Positions 50,182-60,293 of a stretch of DNA of 64,000 nt are shown here, piece by piece. The position numbers and the translations under genes are program-made. This DNA is from Candidatus Poseidoniaceae archaeon. Lineage in GTDB: Archaea > Thermoplasmatota > Poseidoniia > Poseidoniales > Poseidoniaceae. Position 1 is the stretch's first letter. The number at the start of each line of letters is the position of its first letter. The notes below the pieces were generated by a model. It searched no databases. It saw only the letters and a program-made list of their open reading frames with translations, and was not told the origin of the DNA. The stretch covers positions 34,776 to 98,775 of the forward strand of contig JANXHP010000009.1 in NCBI GenBank assembly GCA_024958795.1. The letters are read 5' to 3'.

Positions 50182-52995
50182 TTACATATTCTTTGCTCTT
50201 GCTAGAAGACCTGATGTACTTGATTCAACCTCACTTTCTGCATCACTATCTACTTCCTCAGTGCTAACTTTTTGTTCCTCATTTGGTAATTGCTGACGAA
50301 GTAATTGTGCATTAGAATCAGAATTCTTAGTAATAATAATAACAACAACAATACCTAGTAATAGCCCTGTTATTCCGATTATCATTTTGCTAGAAATTGA
50401 ATCACTTTGCACATTTTCTGTTTCTTCTGTAGCTGGCTTGATATTCATGTCCAAAGTATATTCTATCCCTACTGTTTGATTTAGTTCCAAGTCTGTAACG
50501 CGAATAGTGATAGTAATATTTCCATCATGTTGCTGTGGTAAAACGAGCATTGTAACACATATGGAGGTATGCTGAGATTCATCGGTGGTGCATGAAGAGG
50601 TAACATTTTGTGAAACATTTTCAAGGTAAAAACTCACATCTGCTTGCTGTTCTTCATCTAAATCGGTTAGATCCCATTGGACTGTAGCAGCCGTTTTGTC
50701 AATCAAATTAACATTACCAATTGTAATTGTTGGCAAATCAGGTTGAGGGGCAATTGTGACATTCAAAATTGCTGAATAAGTAGTAATTCCATCAGTAACA
50801 TTTAGGCTTTGAGAATTGCAAATACCATATTTATCTGGTTTCACATTGACCATTAAATCATTACCTGCAATGACGAAATTACATTTAGAGGATTCAACCC
50901 CTTCAATGGACCAAATCAACGGATCACCATCGATATCATAAGCGAAATCACGCAGGTCTAGAACAATTGATTCGTCTTCAGTAGCGTTAATATTCCAAGC
51001 GGAATTATTGCTTACTAAAATGTCATCAACCGCTAATACATTTATTGGAATATCTAGGTTTAGTGCTGTATTGAATCCATCACCTACTAGCATATGAATT
51101 ACTACTGCACCATGTTGATTTGCAAGAGGTGTAATCGTAACTACACCATCAGCAATATCTATCGAAACTGGACCCAATTCCGAGGATGTATTCATGTTTA
51201 CCAGACCTGCAATTTCCTCCCCTTCAGGGTCAAATACATATTCAGACAGATTCAACATTATAGGTTCTGAATCCTCATTCATTTCCTGTAATGGCACATT
51301 TTTTATCAAACTAGCTGGGTCATCAACTGGCATTACTCGAAGAGTGATTTCTGTAGTTGTTTCATCAAGAGTTTGACCGCCTGCTCTTAATTCAAGCCTT
51401 AGATTATTCAAGCCAGTCCATTCTTCATCCACACTATGGAAGACTGTAAATCCAAGATTATCTGAATCAATTTGGAAATGGAAATGTTGGGAGTTTTGAC
51501 CGACCAATGTTGCATTATCAAGGAATACACTCTGCCCATCAGGGTCATATGCAATCAAACCATTTTCAACATGAGTACTACCTCTTTGAGGAATATCGAT
51601 AATTGCCGGTGGAGTCAATACAACCAATGGTGAATCTGTTCTAACAATATCTAGATGTCTATGAGAAGGTGCACCTTCAACATATACGCTAATCGTCAAA
51701 CGGTTATGTCCCGGTTGGACATCGGCCATAGGGAATAGGCATACAGCTACACCATCAGCGTCAATTTGTCCAATAGTCTCATTCTCAACCGATTCAATAG
51801 CACAAACCACAGTTACATTCCATTCACTTGGTAATTGTGAATAATTTAAGCCATTACGTAAAGTCCAATCCATTTTCAAATTCACCGTATCTTCAGGCCC
51901 CATTGATTCATTATTATTTGGAACTGACCAAAGCGCACCTACTTTGAGCCAATCAGCAGAAGATAGATTCTCAACCACATAAGAATCTGGGTCGGAAACA
52001 ACACTTGATGTGACTGGCCTATTGAAAGCATCACGGAAACGACTGTGATCTCCTCTCAAAACTGCATCTAAATATGCAACAATATGGTTTGAACTCAAAT
52101 CTAATTGAGCCTCTTTACTCATTGTAGCGTCACCATCATCGTTTTCAAAAATGGAAGTGGTATCTTGGAATTGGTAGTGATTTGCGCCTAATAGGTGCAT
52201 CATTTGCCAAGAAAAATCCTTGATTGTTTGGAGCCTACTTATGGCATCAGGTGCAGGTGCGACTTCATCGGTTGTTCCCGTGATAAATAACCCAGTATTC
52301 GGAACAGGTGCTTGCCAATCTGTTGCTGCAAATGGTCTGAATTGCTGATTCCAAGAAGAAAAGTCCGCACCAACTGCAAATATTCCACTTGGACCATGTG
52401 TTGTGTTTCCATCATCACTTGCTAGCCAATATGGGTATAGCGATGTCGCGGTCATTGCACCAACGCCATGGCCTGAAAGCGCCCAGTGGTTTACATCGAC
52501 ATTGCCAAATCCGCCTAATATCACTGCATGAGAATTATTTGTATTATTCATCAATTCAAGTGCTGTTTGAGCAATCTCAAGCCCCTCAGTTAGGTCGTTG
52601 GAATCGCTCATTTCTTGGCTAACAAGAACAATGTAACCGCGCTTTACGATTTCACTTGTTAATTCCATATAACCATCTTGAGCCTCTCCATCTGAACCAA
52701 AAAATAGCACCCATGGAAATGGTCCATTACCTGCCATTTCATCATCGCTACCACCAGTCATTGCAGGATATATCATCTCAAATCCTTGAGAATTTGGACC
52801 AAATCCGATGTTAATGTCACTCCAGCCAATTGGAAAATCAATCCCTTGATGTATAGGTTCAAAATTGTCATCCTCTTGTAAAAGGGATGCACTAACTACT
52901 GGAAATAATGCTGAAATAAGGAGCATTGATAAAATAAATAGTGATGATTTTACAAATTCTCTCATCCTTGCCACTAAGTGGCAACTGTAAGCCAT
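50182..52995 (-). CDS. large type-I membrane surface protein (937 aa); the N-terminal region is possibly alpha/beta-hydrolase-like
   Basis: Signal peptide with hydrophobic core LFILSMLLISALFPVVSA. TM helix IIGITGLLLGIVVVIIIT sits about 45 aa from the C-terminus. The tail is short and acidic. Confidence 0.65.
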   Translation of the reverse strand: MAYSCHLVARMREFVKSSLFILSMLLISALFPVVSASLLQEDDNFEPIHQGIDFPIGWSDINIGFGPNSQGFEMIYPAMTGGSDDEMAGNGPFPWVLFFGSDGEAQDGYMELTSEIVKRGYIVLVSQEMSDSNDLTEGLEIAQTALELMNNTNNSHAVILGGFGNVDVNHWALSGHGVGAMTATSLYPYWLASDDGNTTHGPSGIFAVGADFSSWNQQFRPFAATDWQAPVPNTGLFITGTTDEVAPAPDAISRLQTIKDFSWQMMHLLGANHYQFQDTTSIFENDDGDATMSKEAQLDLSSNHIVAYLDAVLRGDHSRFRDAFNRPVTSSVVSDPDSYVVENLSSADWLKVGALWSVPNNNESMGPEDTVNLKMDWTLRNGLNYSQLPSEWNVTVVCAIESVENETIGQIDADGVAVCLFPMADVQPGHNRLTISVYVEGAPSHRHLDIVRTDSPLVVLTPPAIIDIPQRGSTHVENGLIAYDPDGQSVFLDNATLVGQNSQHFHFQIDSDNLGFTVFHSVDEEWTGLNNLRLELRAGGQTLDETTTEITLRVMPVDDPASLIKNVPLQEMNEDSEPIMLNLSEYVFDPEGEEIAGLVNMNTSSELGPVSIDIADGVVTITPLANQHGAVVIHMLVGDGFNTALNLDIPINVLAVDDILVSNNSAWNINATEDESIVLDLRDFAYDIDGDPLIWSIEGVESSKCNFVIAGNDLMVNVKPDKYGICNSQSLNVTDGITTYSAILNVTIAPQPDLPTITIGNVNLIDKTAATVQWDLTDLDEEQQADVSFYLENVSQNVTSSCTTDESQHTSICVTMLVLPQQHDGNITITIRVTDLELNQTVGIEYTLDMNIKPATEETENVQSDSISSKMIIGITGLLLGIVVVIIITKNSDSNAQLLRQQLPNEEQKVSTEEVDSDAESEVESSTSGLLARAKNM

Positions 52996-53012
52996 TGTTC
53001 TTTGATGCTTCG

Positions 53013-54071
53013 TTATTTTGTGTATTCTTCCATCATAGTTTCAGCATATACTAATTTTGTCAGCAGTAATCCAATAGATGGAAGCATATCACCCAATTGT
53101 GGTGCCCAAAAATTGGACCAGCATTCTAAATGCTGAGCTGCAAGTAACCAACGGCCATCAAATGGCCCCTGTGACAACTTCTCAATTCTTTCTTCTGCGG
53201 TACCCTGCATAGATGAATATGGCGCCTCAAATACAACTTTTGCTTTATCATGAGATGATTCTGCATCTTGAATTTTATTTAGTTCACCACCATCAAAGTT
53301 AATGAAAACATCTATCTTTCCAGTGTAGTCTTTACTATCTATCCATTCACCTTTTGGAAGTGGACGTCGCCCCTCTATCGCAATTACCTTTCCACCTGAA
53401 TTAATCCATTCATGAGCAGTACTACGGGCAGCACCACCTCCACCAAGTATTGCCAATACTGCTCCATCTGCAACATCTATCCCATGATAATCCACGACTG
53501 AAACTACTCCTAATCCGTCAAATGTACCACAAAACCAACCTTGACCATCCCATCTAAGACAATTTACAGATTGAATTTCCATAGAATTATCAATCGAACG
53601 AACCGCATTACTGACCAAGGTATGTTTTAGGGGAGATGTTAAATTGATCCAAACCTCTTCATTCAACGCAGATCTAGGGAGTTTTGAATTGCTTAATAAT
53701 TCCATTTTTTCTGACATTTCTTGTATTTGTAATTCTAAACTTTTGTTGGTTTTTGATTCTACTAACGAAGAACAATCAAGTACTTTTCTTGAAGCTTCAA
53801 TTGCCTTTTCTAATAACGCAGTTGTTCTATATTTGCCGAATGGTGCACCAGTCCATTTCCAAGGTAATGAGTTGGGCATTGAGCCCGCATATCCCCATGC
53901 AAGTGTATCCGCAATCGTTGTTGTTTCTACTAAATCTAACTTTAATAGTTTGAAATTTGACAACAAATTTGATTTCATTGAAACAAGATGGTCGTGAACT
54001 ATTGCCATTAGTAATGGAGACAATGAATGTTCAACAGGAGAACCTGCTATCGCATAACGTACCCCTGCCAC
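53013..54071 (-). CDS. aroE: shikimate dehydrogenase-like protein (AroE family) with an insertion of about 75 aa
   Basis: N-terminal YAIAGSPVEHSLSPLLM matches GxPIxHSxSP. A TSPLKHT Lys motif follows, then the Rossmann motif LGGGGAARS. Confidence 0.5.
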   Translation of the reverse strand: MAGVRYAIAGSPVEHSLSPLLMAIVHDHLVSMKSNLLSNFKLLKLDLVETTTIADTLAWGYAGSMPNSLPWKWTGAPFGKYRTTALLEKAIEASRKVLDCSSLVESKTNKSLELQIQEMSEKMELLSNSKLPRSALNEEVWINLTSPLKHTLVSNAVRSIDNSMEIQSVNCLRWDGQGWFCGTFDGLGVVSVVDYHGIDVADGAVLAILGGGGAARSTAHEWINSGGKVIAIEGRRPLPKGEWIDSKDYTGKIDVFINFDGGELNKIQDAESSHDKAKVVFEAPYSSMQGTAEERIEKLSQGPFDGRWLLAAQHLECWSNFWAPQLGDMLPSIGLLLTKLVYAETMMEEYTK

Positions 54072-54165
54072 GAATATACATATGGAAGGTAGTTATTGAA
54101 TACTTGTCGCTTACAATGTCAAAAAACGGGAGAGGATTCAATAATGAGTAAACACAGGGGCTAAT

Positions 54166-54540
54166 ATGCAAGATATCAAGTTCAAGGCGGAGAAATCCAC
54201 CATTAGCATGTTAACTGGTGCGCTTGGATTATACATGACTGCTGCGATGTGGTTTGAATTTAATGAGGCTTTGGGGTTTTATCTGGGACCTAGTTTAGGA
54301 GTGATAATCGGTACTATTGTTTTTTTAATATATCAATCCAACAAAAATGTTAAAGAATTTTCATTGGATGGAAATTACGATACTTCTGAACGTACAGCGG
54401 GTGTTGTGCAGGCCGATGGTAGAGTGTATCAAACCGACGGCTATATAGAACCGGGAAGAAATGCTGTTGGATATATTGCCATAATATATGTCATCATCAT
54501 TATTCTCAGTGAATTAACTTGGTCGAATTTGATTATTTGA
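54166..54540 (+). CDS. small membrane protein, hypothetical
   Basis: Two to three TM segments. Confidence 0.3.
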   Translation: MQDIKFKAEKSTISMLTGALGLYMTAAMWFEFNEALGFYLGPSLGVIIGTIVFLIYQSNKNVKEFSLDGNYDTSERTAGVVQADGRVYQTDGYIEPGRNAVGYIAIIYVIIIILSELTWSNLII

Positions 54541-54550
54541 GGTTTAAAAA

Positions 54551-54805
54551 ATGTCAGGCCTACTTGATGTTTTCATGATGAAGGAAAGAGTGAATGATGG
54601 TTCAAATCCCATCTTGATCGTCTTAGAAAAGGCTTCAATGATGTTAACACTATTTATTATTGGAACTATTGGTTATGGATTAAATCTTCCAGGTTGGGGA
54701 ATCGGATTACTTGTAGGTGCTAGTTTAGGACCTGTGGTGTATATTCATTACTACATATTATACATTAGACCTCTGAAAAAGAGGGGCAACATTGATGGCA
54801 AATAA
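54551..54805 (+). CDS. small membrane protein, hypothetical
   Basis: Two TM segments. Confidence 0.3.
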   Translation: MSGLLDVFMMKERVNDGSNPILIVLEKASMMLTLFIIGTIGYGLNLPGWGIGLLVGASLGPVVYIHYYILYIRPLKKRGNIDGK

Positions 54806-54831
54806 CTAATCTCAAAGATTGAGGCGGAAAT

Positions 54832-55461
54832 ATGAGTGGACTCTTTTCTTCAATTTTAGGATTTTTAGGCTTAGAAGCCATTACTGGCGTAGACTTATTA
54901 TTTGCAGGTTCTGCAATTGTGGGAACTATATTGTTCATCATTTATTTCCTATTGGTACTAGTTGGCGGTGTAGCTGATGGAGCATTGGATGTGATGGGTT
55001 TTGATGTTGACTTGGATGTCGGTGCTGAAGGAATATTCCATATGCTTACAATACAAGGATTACTGAGTTTCATGATGATGTTTGGTATTTTTGGATTAGG
55101 TGTATCGCAATCAAATGACAATGTGTTGTATGCCATTGGCGCGGGTACAATCGCCGGTATAGGCTCTATGTGGGTCATTGGCAAAGTATTCCAAATGATG
55201 AAAAGTTTAGAGACCGATGGCACTGTAAAATATCACGAAGCAATTGGGGCAAAAGGAAAAGTGTATCAAACAATTTTCCCAGGTGATTCAGGTCAAGTTC
55301 AAGTAGAGTTCACTGGTGCTCTAAGAACAGTTTCTGCTGTTAGTCATGATGAAAAGGAAAAGATTGAAACTGGAAAATTCATTCAAGTGGTAGACCATAT
55401 TAGTGAAACTCTAATAGTAAAATCAATTTCAGTCACTGTTGTTAGCGATTCTGAAGAATAA
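54832..55461 (+). CDS. NfeD-family membrane protein (C-terminal OB-fold beta-barrel)
   Basis: A multi-TM N-terminus and a C-terminal KGKVYQTIFPGDSGQVQVEFTGALRTVSAV beta domain. It sits immediately upstream of the SPFH gene. Confidence 0.6.
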   Translation: MSGLFSSILGFLGLEAITGVDLLFAGSAIVGTILFIIYFLLVLVGGVADGALDVMGFDVDLDVGAEGIFHMLTIQGLLSFMMMFGIFGLGVSQSNDNVLYAIGAGTIAGIGSMWVIGKVFQMMKSLETDGTVKYHEAIGAKGKVYQTIFPGDSGQVQVEFTGALRTVSAVSHDEKEKIETGKFIQVVDHISETLIVKSISVTVVSDSEE

Positions 55462-55511
55462 GGTATAGCATAATCGGGTCAAGACTCATAAAGGAGTGCT
55501 CTCATGGCTGT

Positions 55512-56909
55512 ATGAGTACTATGGCATCAGGAGCATTGTTTCTTTTAGGAATTGGATTATTTGTAGCAGTTGTGATGGGTACAATCTATATCGCAACATC
55601 AAGATATAAGTTAGCACCATCAGACAAAATTTTGGTTGTATATGGTAATGTAAAGACGGGTGGAGCAGCAGCCTGTTATCACGGCGGTGGACGCGTCGTA
55701 TGGCCTTTAATCCAACATTATGCATATTTAGATCTAAAACCGATGACTATTCTAATCAACCTTGAACACGCACTTTCATCACAAAACATTCGTGTTACTG
55801 TACCTTCAACATTTACTATCGGTGTTTCAACTGAACCATCCATTATGTCAAATGCTGCAGAGCGTTTACTTGGATTAAATCAACCACAGATTGAAGATAT
55901 GGCTAAAGAAATTATTTTTGGTCAACTTCGTCTTACAGTTGCATCTCTTTCAATTGAAGCAATCAATTCAGACAGAGAGGCTTTCTTGCGAGATGTTTCA
56001 TTGAATGTTGACACTGAACTTCACAAGATTGGACTTTACCTAATCAACGTTAACATTATCGATATTACTGATGAATCCGATTATATCAAATCCATTGGTG
56101 TTGCTGCTGCTACAGAAGCAATTGCTAAGGCGGATATCGCTCGTTCAACCGCTGAAAGAGATGGTCGCATTGGTGTATCCAATGCAGAGAGGGCAATGAG
56201 AACTGAAGTTGCTAATAACGATGCAGAAGCTGTGAAAGGTGAGAAAGATGCTGAAGCAATGAAGCGTATTTACATCAATCAACAAGAAGCACTTGCTGTT
56301 GAAGGTGAAAACGTTTCAGCTGCTTCTATTGCCCATTACAATGCTGATCTTGCTGAGAAAGAGGCAGAAGCACTTCAACGTGCAGAAGTTGCAAAGCGTA
56401 TGGCTCAAGTAAATATTCAGAAGGCTCAATATGAGATGGAAGGAGAAAGACTTCGTGCTGAAGAAATTGCTCGTGAAGAAATTGCTAAGGAACAAATCGA
56501 AATCGCTGCTTCCGCAGAGGCTAGCAGAGAACGTCTAATCGCGCAAGGTCAAGCAGATGCTACACTTGCACGATATAATGCAGAGGCTGCTGGACAACAA
56601 GCGGTATTAGAAGCAAAGGCTGCTGGATATGCACAACTAGTGAAAAGTGCTGGTGGCGATGCAAAGGCTGCTGCTACCTTGCTAATGGTTGAGAAGATTG
56701 AAACATTGGTTGCAAAGCAAACTGAGGCAATAGCGAACTTGAAGATTGACAAGATTACTGTTTGGGATTCAGGTAATGGGGGAGAATCTGGAGGTTCTAC
56801 AGCGAACTTCGTTTCCTCCCTAATCAAGTCTTTACCACCAGTACATGATGTTGCAGCAATGGCTGGAGTAGACCTTCCAGATTACCTTGGAAACGTCAAA
56901 GACGAATGA
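55512..56909 (+). CDS. SPFH/band-7 (flotillin-like, YqiK/FloA-type) protein
   Basis: An N-terminal TM segment, an SPFH domain and a long Ala/Glu-rich coiled-coil region (EAEALQRAEVAKRMAQ...). Confidence 0.75.
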   Translation: MSTMASGALFLLGIGLFVAVVMGTIYIATSRYKLAPSDKILVVYGNVKTGGAAACYHGGGRVVWPLIQHYAYLDLKPMTILINLEHALSSQNIRVTVPSTFTIGVSTEPSIMSNAAERLLGLNQPQIEDMAKEIIFGQLRLTVASLSIEAINSDREAFLRDVSLNVDTELHKIGLYLINVNIIDITDESDYIKSIGVAAATEAIAKADIARSTAERDGRIGVSNAERAMRTEVANNDAEAVKGEKDAEAMKRIYINQQEALAVEGENVSAASIAHYNADLAEKEAEALQRAEVAKRMAQVNIQKAQYEMEGERLRAEEIAREEIAKEQIEIAASAEASRERLIAQGQADATLARYNAEAAGQQAVLEAKAAGYAQLVKSAGGDAKAAATLLMVEKIETLVAKQTEAIANLKIDKITVWDSGNGGESGGSTANFVSSLIKSLPPVHDVAAMAGVDLPDYLGNVKDE

Positions 56910-56999
56910 TTTGACTAATTTCAAAGACCCTGCAAATGGCTATTTCAGCCCATAATTGAAGCGAGGGATTGAAAGGTGGTTGTGCGCGCAACCGACCAT

Positions 57000-58715
57000 A
57001 TGGCTAGTGACTTGGAAATTGCAAGAGCCGCGACTTTGGAGCCAATTGAAGCAATCGCTTGGAAATTGGGCATATCATCTCATGAATTAACTCCGGTTGG
57101 AAATGGGATGGCAAAGATAACCTGGGAGGCTATCTGTGAAAGGTTCAATCGCCCTCAAGGAAGTCTTGTATTAGTTACATCAGTTAATCCTACACCATTC
57201 GGTGAAGGGAAAACTGTTACCACAATAGGATTAACACAAGCACTTTGTGCAATTGGCTCCAAAGCTACTTGTGTAGTTCGTGAACCATCTATGGGTCCTG
57301 TGTTCGGAATCAAAGGTGGGGCTGCTGGTGGTGGATATTCTCAAGTATTACCAATGGAAGATATCAATCTCCATTTCACCGGTGATATGCATGCGATTAC
57401 TTCAACTCATAACTTGTTGAGTGCATTGATTGATAATCATTTGAAATTTGGTAATGATTGCAAGATTGATACTGAGCGAATTAGTTGGCCGAGAGTCATT
57501 GATATGAACGATAGGTCGCTACGTCAAATTGTAGTTGGATTAGGGACTGCGGCAAATGGAAATGTACGACAAGACCGATTTGATATTACTGCTGCAAGCG
57601 AAGTAATGGCGATATTAGTATTAGCAAGCGATTATGCTGATCTTCGTAGAAGACTTGGTGAGATTGTAATTGGCCCTTCGTTTGAAGGAAATCCCGTCAA
57701 GGCTGAAGATATCGGTGCTGCTGGTGCAATGGCATTGTTATTGAGAAATGCATTCTTACCGAATCTTGTACAAACTCTAGAAGGAAATCCAGCATTTATT
57801 CATGGTGGTCCTTTCGCAAATATTGCCCATGGTAATTCTAGCGTTATCGCAGATAGAATTGCACTTGGAGCAGCGGATATTGTTGTCACTGAAGCCGGTT
57901 TTGGCTCTGATATGGGTGCTGAGAAATTCATGCATATCAAAGCGGCTAATTCGGGAAAACCACCAGATTGCGTTGTGATGAATGTTACTGTTCGTTCTAT
58001 GAAATTGCATGGTGGTGCCTTTGGAGATAAGGGTGGATATCGTCCGACACCTGAAGAATTAGCTGCTGAGAATGTTGAAGCTGTATCAGCTGGTGCAACT
58101 GGTAACCTCGATAGACACATTAGAAATATGGCTGGCTTTGGAATGCCAGTTATTGTTTCAATCAATCGTTTTTCAACAGATACTGATGCGGAACTTGCTG
58201 CATTGGGTGATGCTGCTAGAGCAAGTGGAGCAACTGCTGTTACAATTTGTGAAGTACACGCAAAGGGTGGAGCAGGTGGTGAAGAACTTGCAAGGGCTGT
58301 CGTCACAGCAATTCAAGATCATGTTGCTGCAGGAAGACCATTCACACCTCTATTCATGCCTGATGCAACCATTAGAGAAAAGATTGATTCAATCGCTACA
58401 AGAATCTACAAGGCGGATAGAGTGCGAATTGAAACTGCTGCTGCAAGACAATTAGCACAGATTGAAAAATGGGGATATGGTAAACTTCCAGTTTGTATGG
58501 CAAAAACACAGTACTCGTTTTCACACGATCCAAACCTTCTAGGCTCTCCTACAGGATTTATTGTACCGATTAAGGAATTCCGTTTGAATGCTGGTGCAGA
58601 ATTTATCGTTGCGATTTGCGGAAATATGATGACGATGCCCGGATTACCAAAGCGCCCCGCTGCCCTCGACATGGACATGGATGAGAATGGCAACTTAACC
58701 GGCGTATTTGGGTGA
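57000..58715 (+). CDS. fhs: formate--tetrahydrofolate ligase
   Basis: PTPFGEGKTVTTIGL P-loop region and overall FTHFS collinearity. The start is set at MASDLEIA rather than the upstream GTG. Confidence 0.9.
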   Translation: MASDLEIARAATLEPIEAIAWKLGISSHELTPVGNGMAKITWEAICERFNRPQGSLVLVTSVNPTPFGEGKTVTTIGLTQALCAIGSKATCVVREPSMGPVFGIKGGAAGGGYSQVLPMEDINLHFTGDMHAITSTHNLLSALIDNHLKFGNDCKIDTERISWPRVIDMNDRSLRQIVVGLGTAANGNVRQDRFDITAASEVMAILVLASDYADLRRRLGEIVIGPSFEGNPVKAEDIGAAGAMALLLRNAFLPNLVQTLEGNPAFIHGGPFANIAHGNSSVIADRIALGAADIVVTEAGFGSDMGAEKFMHIKAANSGKPPDCVVMNVTVRSMKLHGGAFGDKGGYRPTPEELAAENVEAVSAGATGNLDRHIRNMAGFGMPVIVSINRFSTDTDAELAALGDAARASGATAVTICEVHAKGGAGGEELARAVVTAIQDHVAAGRPFTPLFMPDATIREKIDSIATRIYKADRVRIETAAARQLAQIEKWGYGKLPVCMAKTQYSFSHDPNLLGSPTGFIVPIKEFRLNAGAEFIVAICGNMMTMPGLPKRPAALDMDMDENGNLTGVFG

Positions 58716-59784
58716 AACAATGAAGATTCTCAAGCGGCAACAAATGTTGTGGAGAATTCGAGTAGAATCTCAAGATGACCTATGGTCTATCTCAAGATTA
58801 GCGCGTAAAGGTATGTCAGTAGCAATGCTTGGTGAGAGAAGAGACCAAACTACTGCTGGAGAAACTGGAGGACGCGCAAAATCTGCTGAAAGGAAAAAAA
58901 TGTGGATTAAATTGAGAATTGAATCTACAGAGTATCAAACATTTTCAGATACATTGAGAATTCATGGTATTATTGAAGAGGCTCAATTTGATTTGGGTTT
59001 ACATCACACTCACATTATTGAAGTAAATGATGAGATTGAAATCACCTCTCTCACACCTTTTGATGCGACTGATATTGATTTACTAATCCAGAGTGAAAAG
59101 GCAAGTAAGGCAGTTCAAGTTGCACTACTTGTCGTTGAGAATGATGAAATGATTCTGTATTTTATTACTGGAAGAGGGTTGCGAGAAAGTGCAATGTGGA
59201 CAATGCGAGGTGGTGGAAAGCGTGGAGATTTGAAGACAACTACCAGTGTAGCTTCATCCTTTAGAAAGAGCGTTGTTTCCGCACTTTCTGCTCAATTAAA
59301 TGATGAGATTCCATTGATTCTTTGTGGCCCTGGACATGCAAAGGACGTATTGCTTCCTGAACTAAGAGATGATGGTCATAGTAGGTTCATCAAATTAGTT
59401 GCTACTTCGATGGGTGGTCGTTCAGCCGCTAATGAAGTGATAAGAGAGGGTTTAGCAGAAGATTTACTCGGACAACATGCAATTTCAATAGAAATAATGT
59501 TGTTAGAAGAAGCATGGACAAGGCTATCCACAACTGGTACCGTAGCCTATGGTAAAGAACAGTTGGATAAAGCAATGAGTGAAGGAGCGATAGAAACGTT
59601 ACTCATCACTGCAGATTTACTGAGAAATGAAGATGAAACTATTGCTGGAGTATCATGGTCAGCATGGTGCAAAGGTCTTTCTGATATTTCTGCAAAACTG
59701 GTTCAATGTTCCACCGATCATGATTCGGGCCAGCAATTACTGGGAATGGGTGGAGTTGTTGCTCTGCTTCGTTACAAAATGTGA
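58708..59784 (+). CDS. pelA: Pelota (Dom34 homolog, mRNA surveillance/ribosome rescue)
   Basis: An N-terminal Sm-like domain and a central and C-terminal eRF1-like domain. The size fits. Confidence 0.75.
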   Translation: MGETMKILKRQQMLWRIRVESQDDLWSISRLARKGMSVAMLGERRDQTTAGETGGRAKSAERKKMWIKLRIESTEYQTFSDTLRIHGIIEEAQFDLGLHHTHIIEVNDEIEITSLTPFDATDIDLLIQSEKASKAVQVALLVVENDEMILYFITGRGLRESAMWTMRGGGKRGDLKTTTSVASSFRKSVVSALSAQLNDEIPLILCGPGHAKDVLLPELRDDGHSRFIKLVATSMGGRSAANEVIREGLAEDLLGQHAISIEIMLLEEAWTRLSTTGTVAYGKEQLDKAMSEGAIETLLITADLLRNEDETIAGVSWSAWCKGLSDISAKLVQCSTDHDSGQQLLGMGGVVALLRYKM

Positions 59785-60119
59785 AAGCAGGGATTGATTT
59801 TATGGAAGATGATACCTCTTTCAAATATGCATGGTTTAGTCAGTTTGAGGATTTGCCTCGTAACCAACTTCGTGAATCATTGCGTGGATTCCGTTGGATT
59901 CTACTCACTGCTGAAGATTTACCAAATGCAACTGCTGTTTGGATGTTTGCTGAACTTGATGGTTTTTTTATTGGCCTAGACCATAGAGGGAGTGAATATT
60001 CATCTGGAGTTCACAATAGAGCAATCCACTTACTGCTAATCGATAAAGAACAGGAAATTAGAGGTATTTCAAAGGTTATTTGCGCTGCAACAGATTCAAT
60101 TGAAAATCACCTTTGGTGA
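59781..60119 (+). CDS. hypothetical protein
   Basis: A 112-aa ORF that overlaps the Pelota stop by 4 nt. Confidence 0.3.
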   Translation: MKAGIDFMEDDTSFKYAWFSQFEDLPRNQLRESLRGFRWILLTAEDLPNATAVWMFAELDGFFIGLDHRGSEYSSGVHNRAIHLLLIDKEQEIRGISKVICAATDSIENHLW

Positions 60120-60136
60120 ATACTAATTATCAATAG

Positions 60137-60210
60137 TGGGCTCGAGGGGATTCGAACCCCCGATCAACGCCGTGTAAAGGCGCTGTCATAACCAGCTAGA
60201 CCACGAACCC
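60137..60210 (-). tRNA. tRNA-Val (anticodon TAC)
   Basis: The minus-strand read has acceptor GGGTTCG/CGAGCCC, anticodon stem GCGCC/GGCGT with loop TTTACAC, T-arm GGGGG-TTCGAAT-CCCCT and discriminator A. Confidence 0.8.
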
Positions 60211-60293
60211 GTGCTCCGACCCTATGGCAAGGGGTTTTTCAACTAACCGCATAGCCACTAACCTCAATACCATTCAGCGCTAGCCCCGTATGT

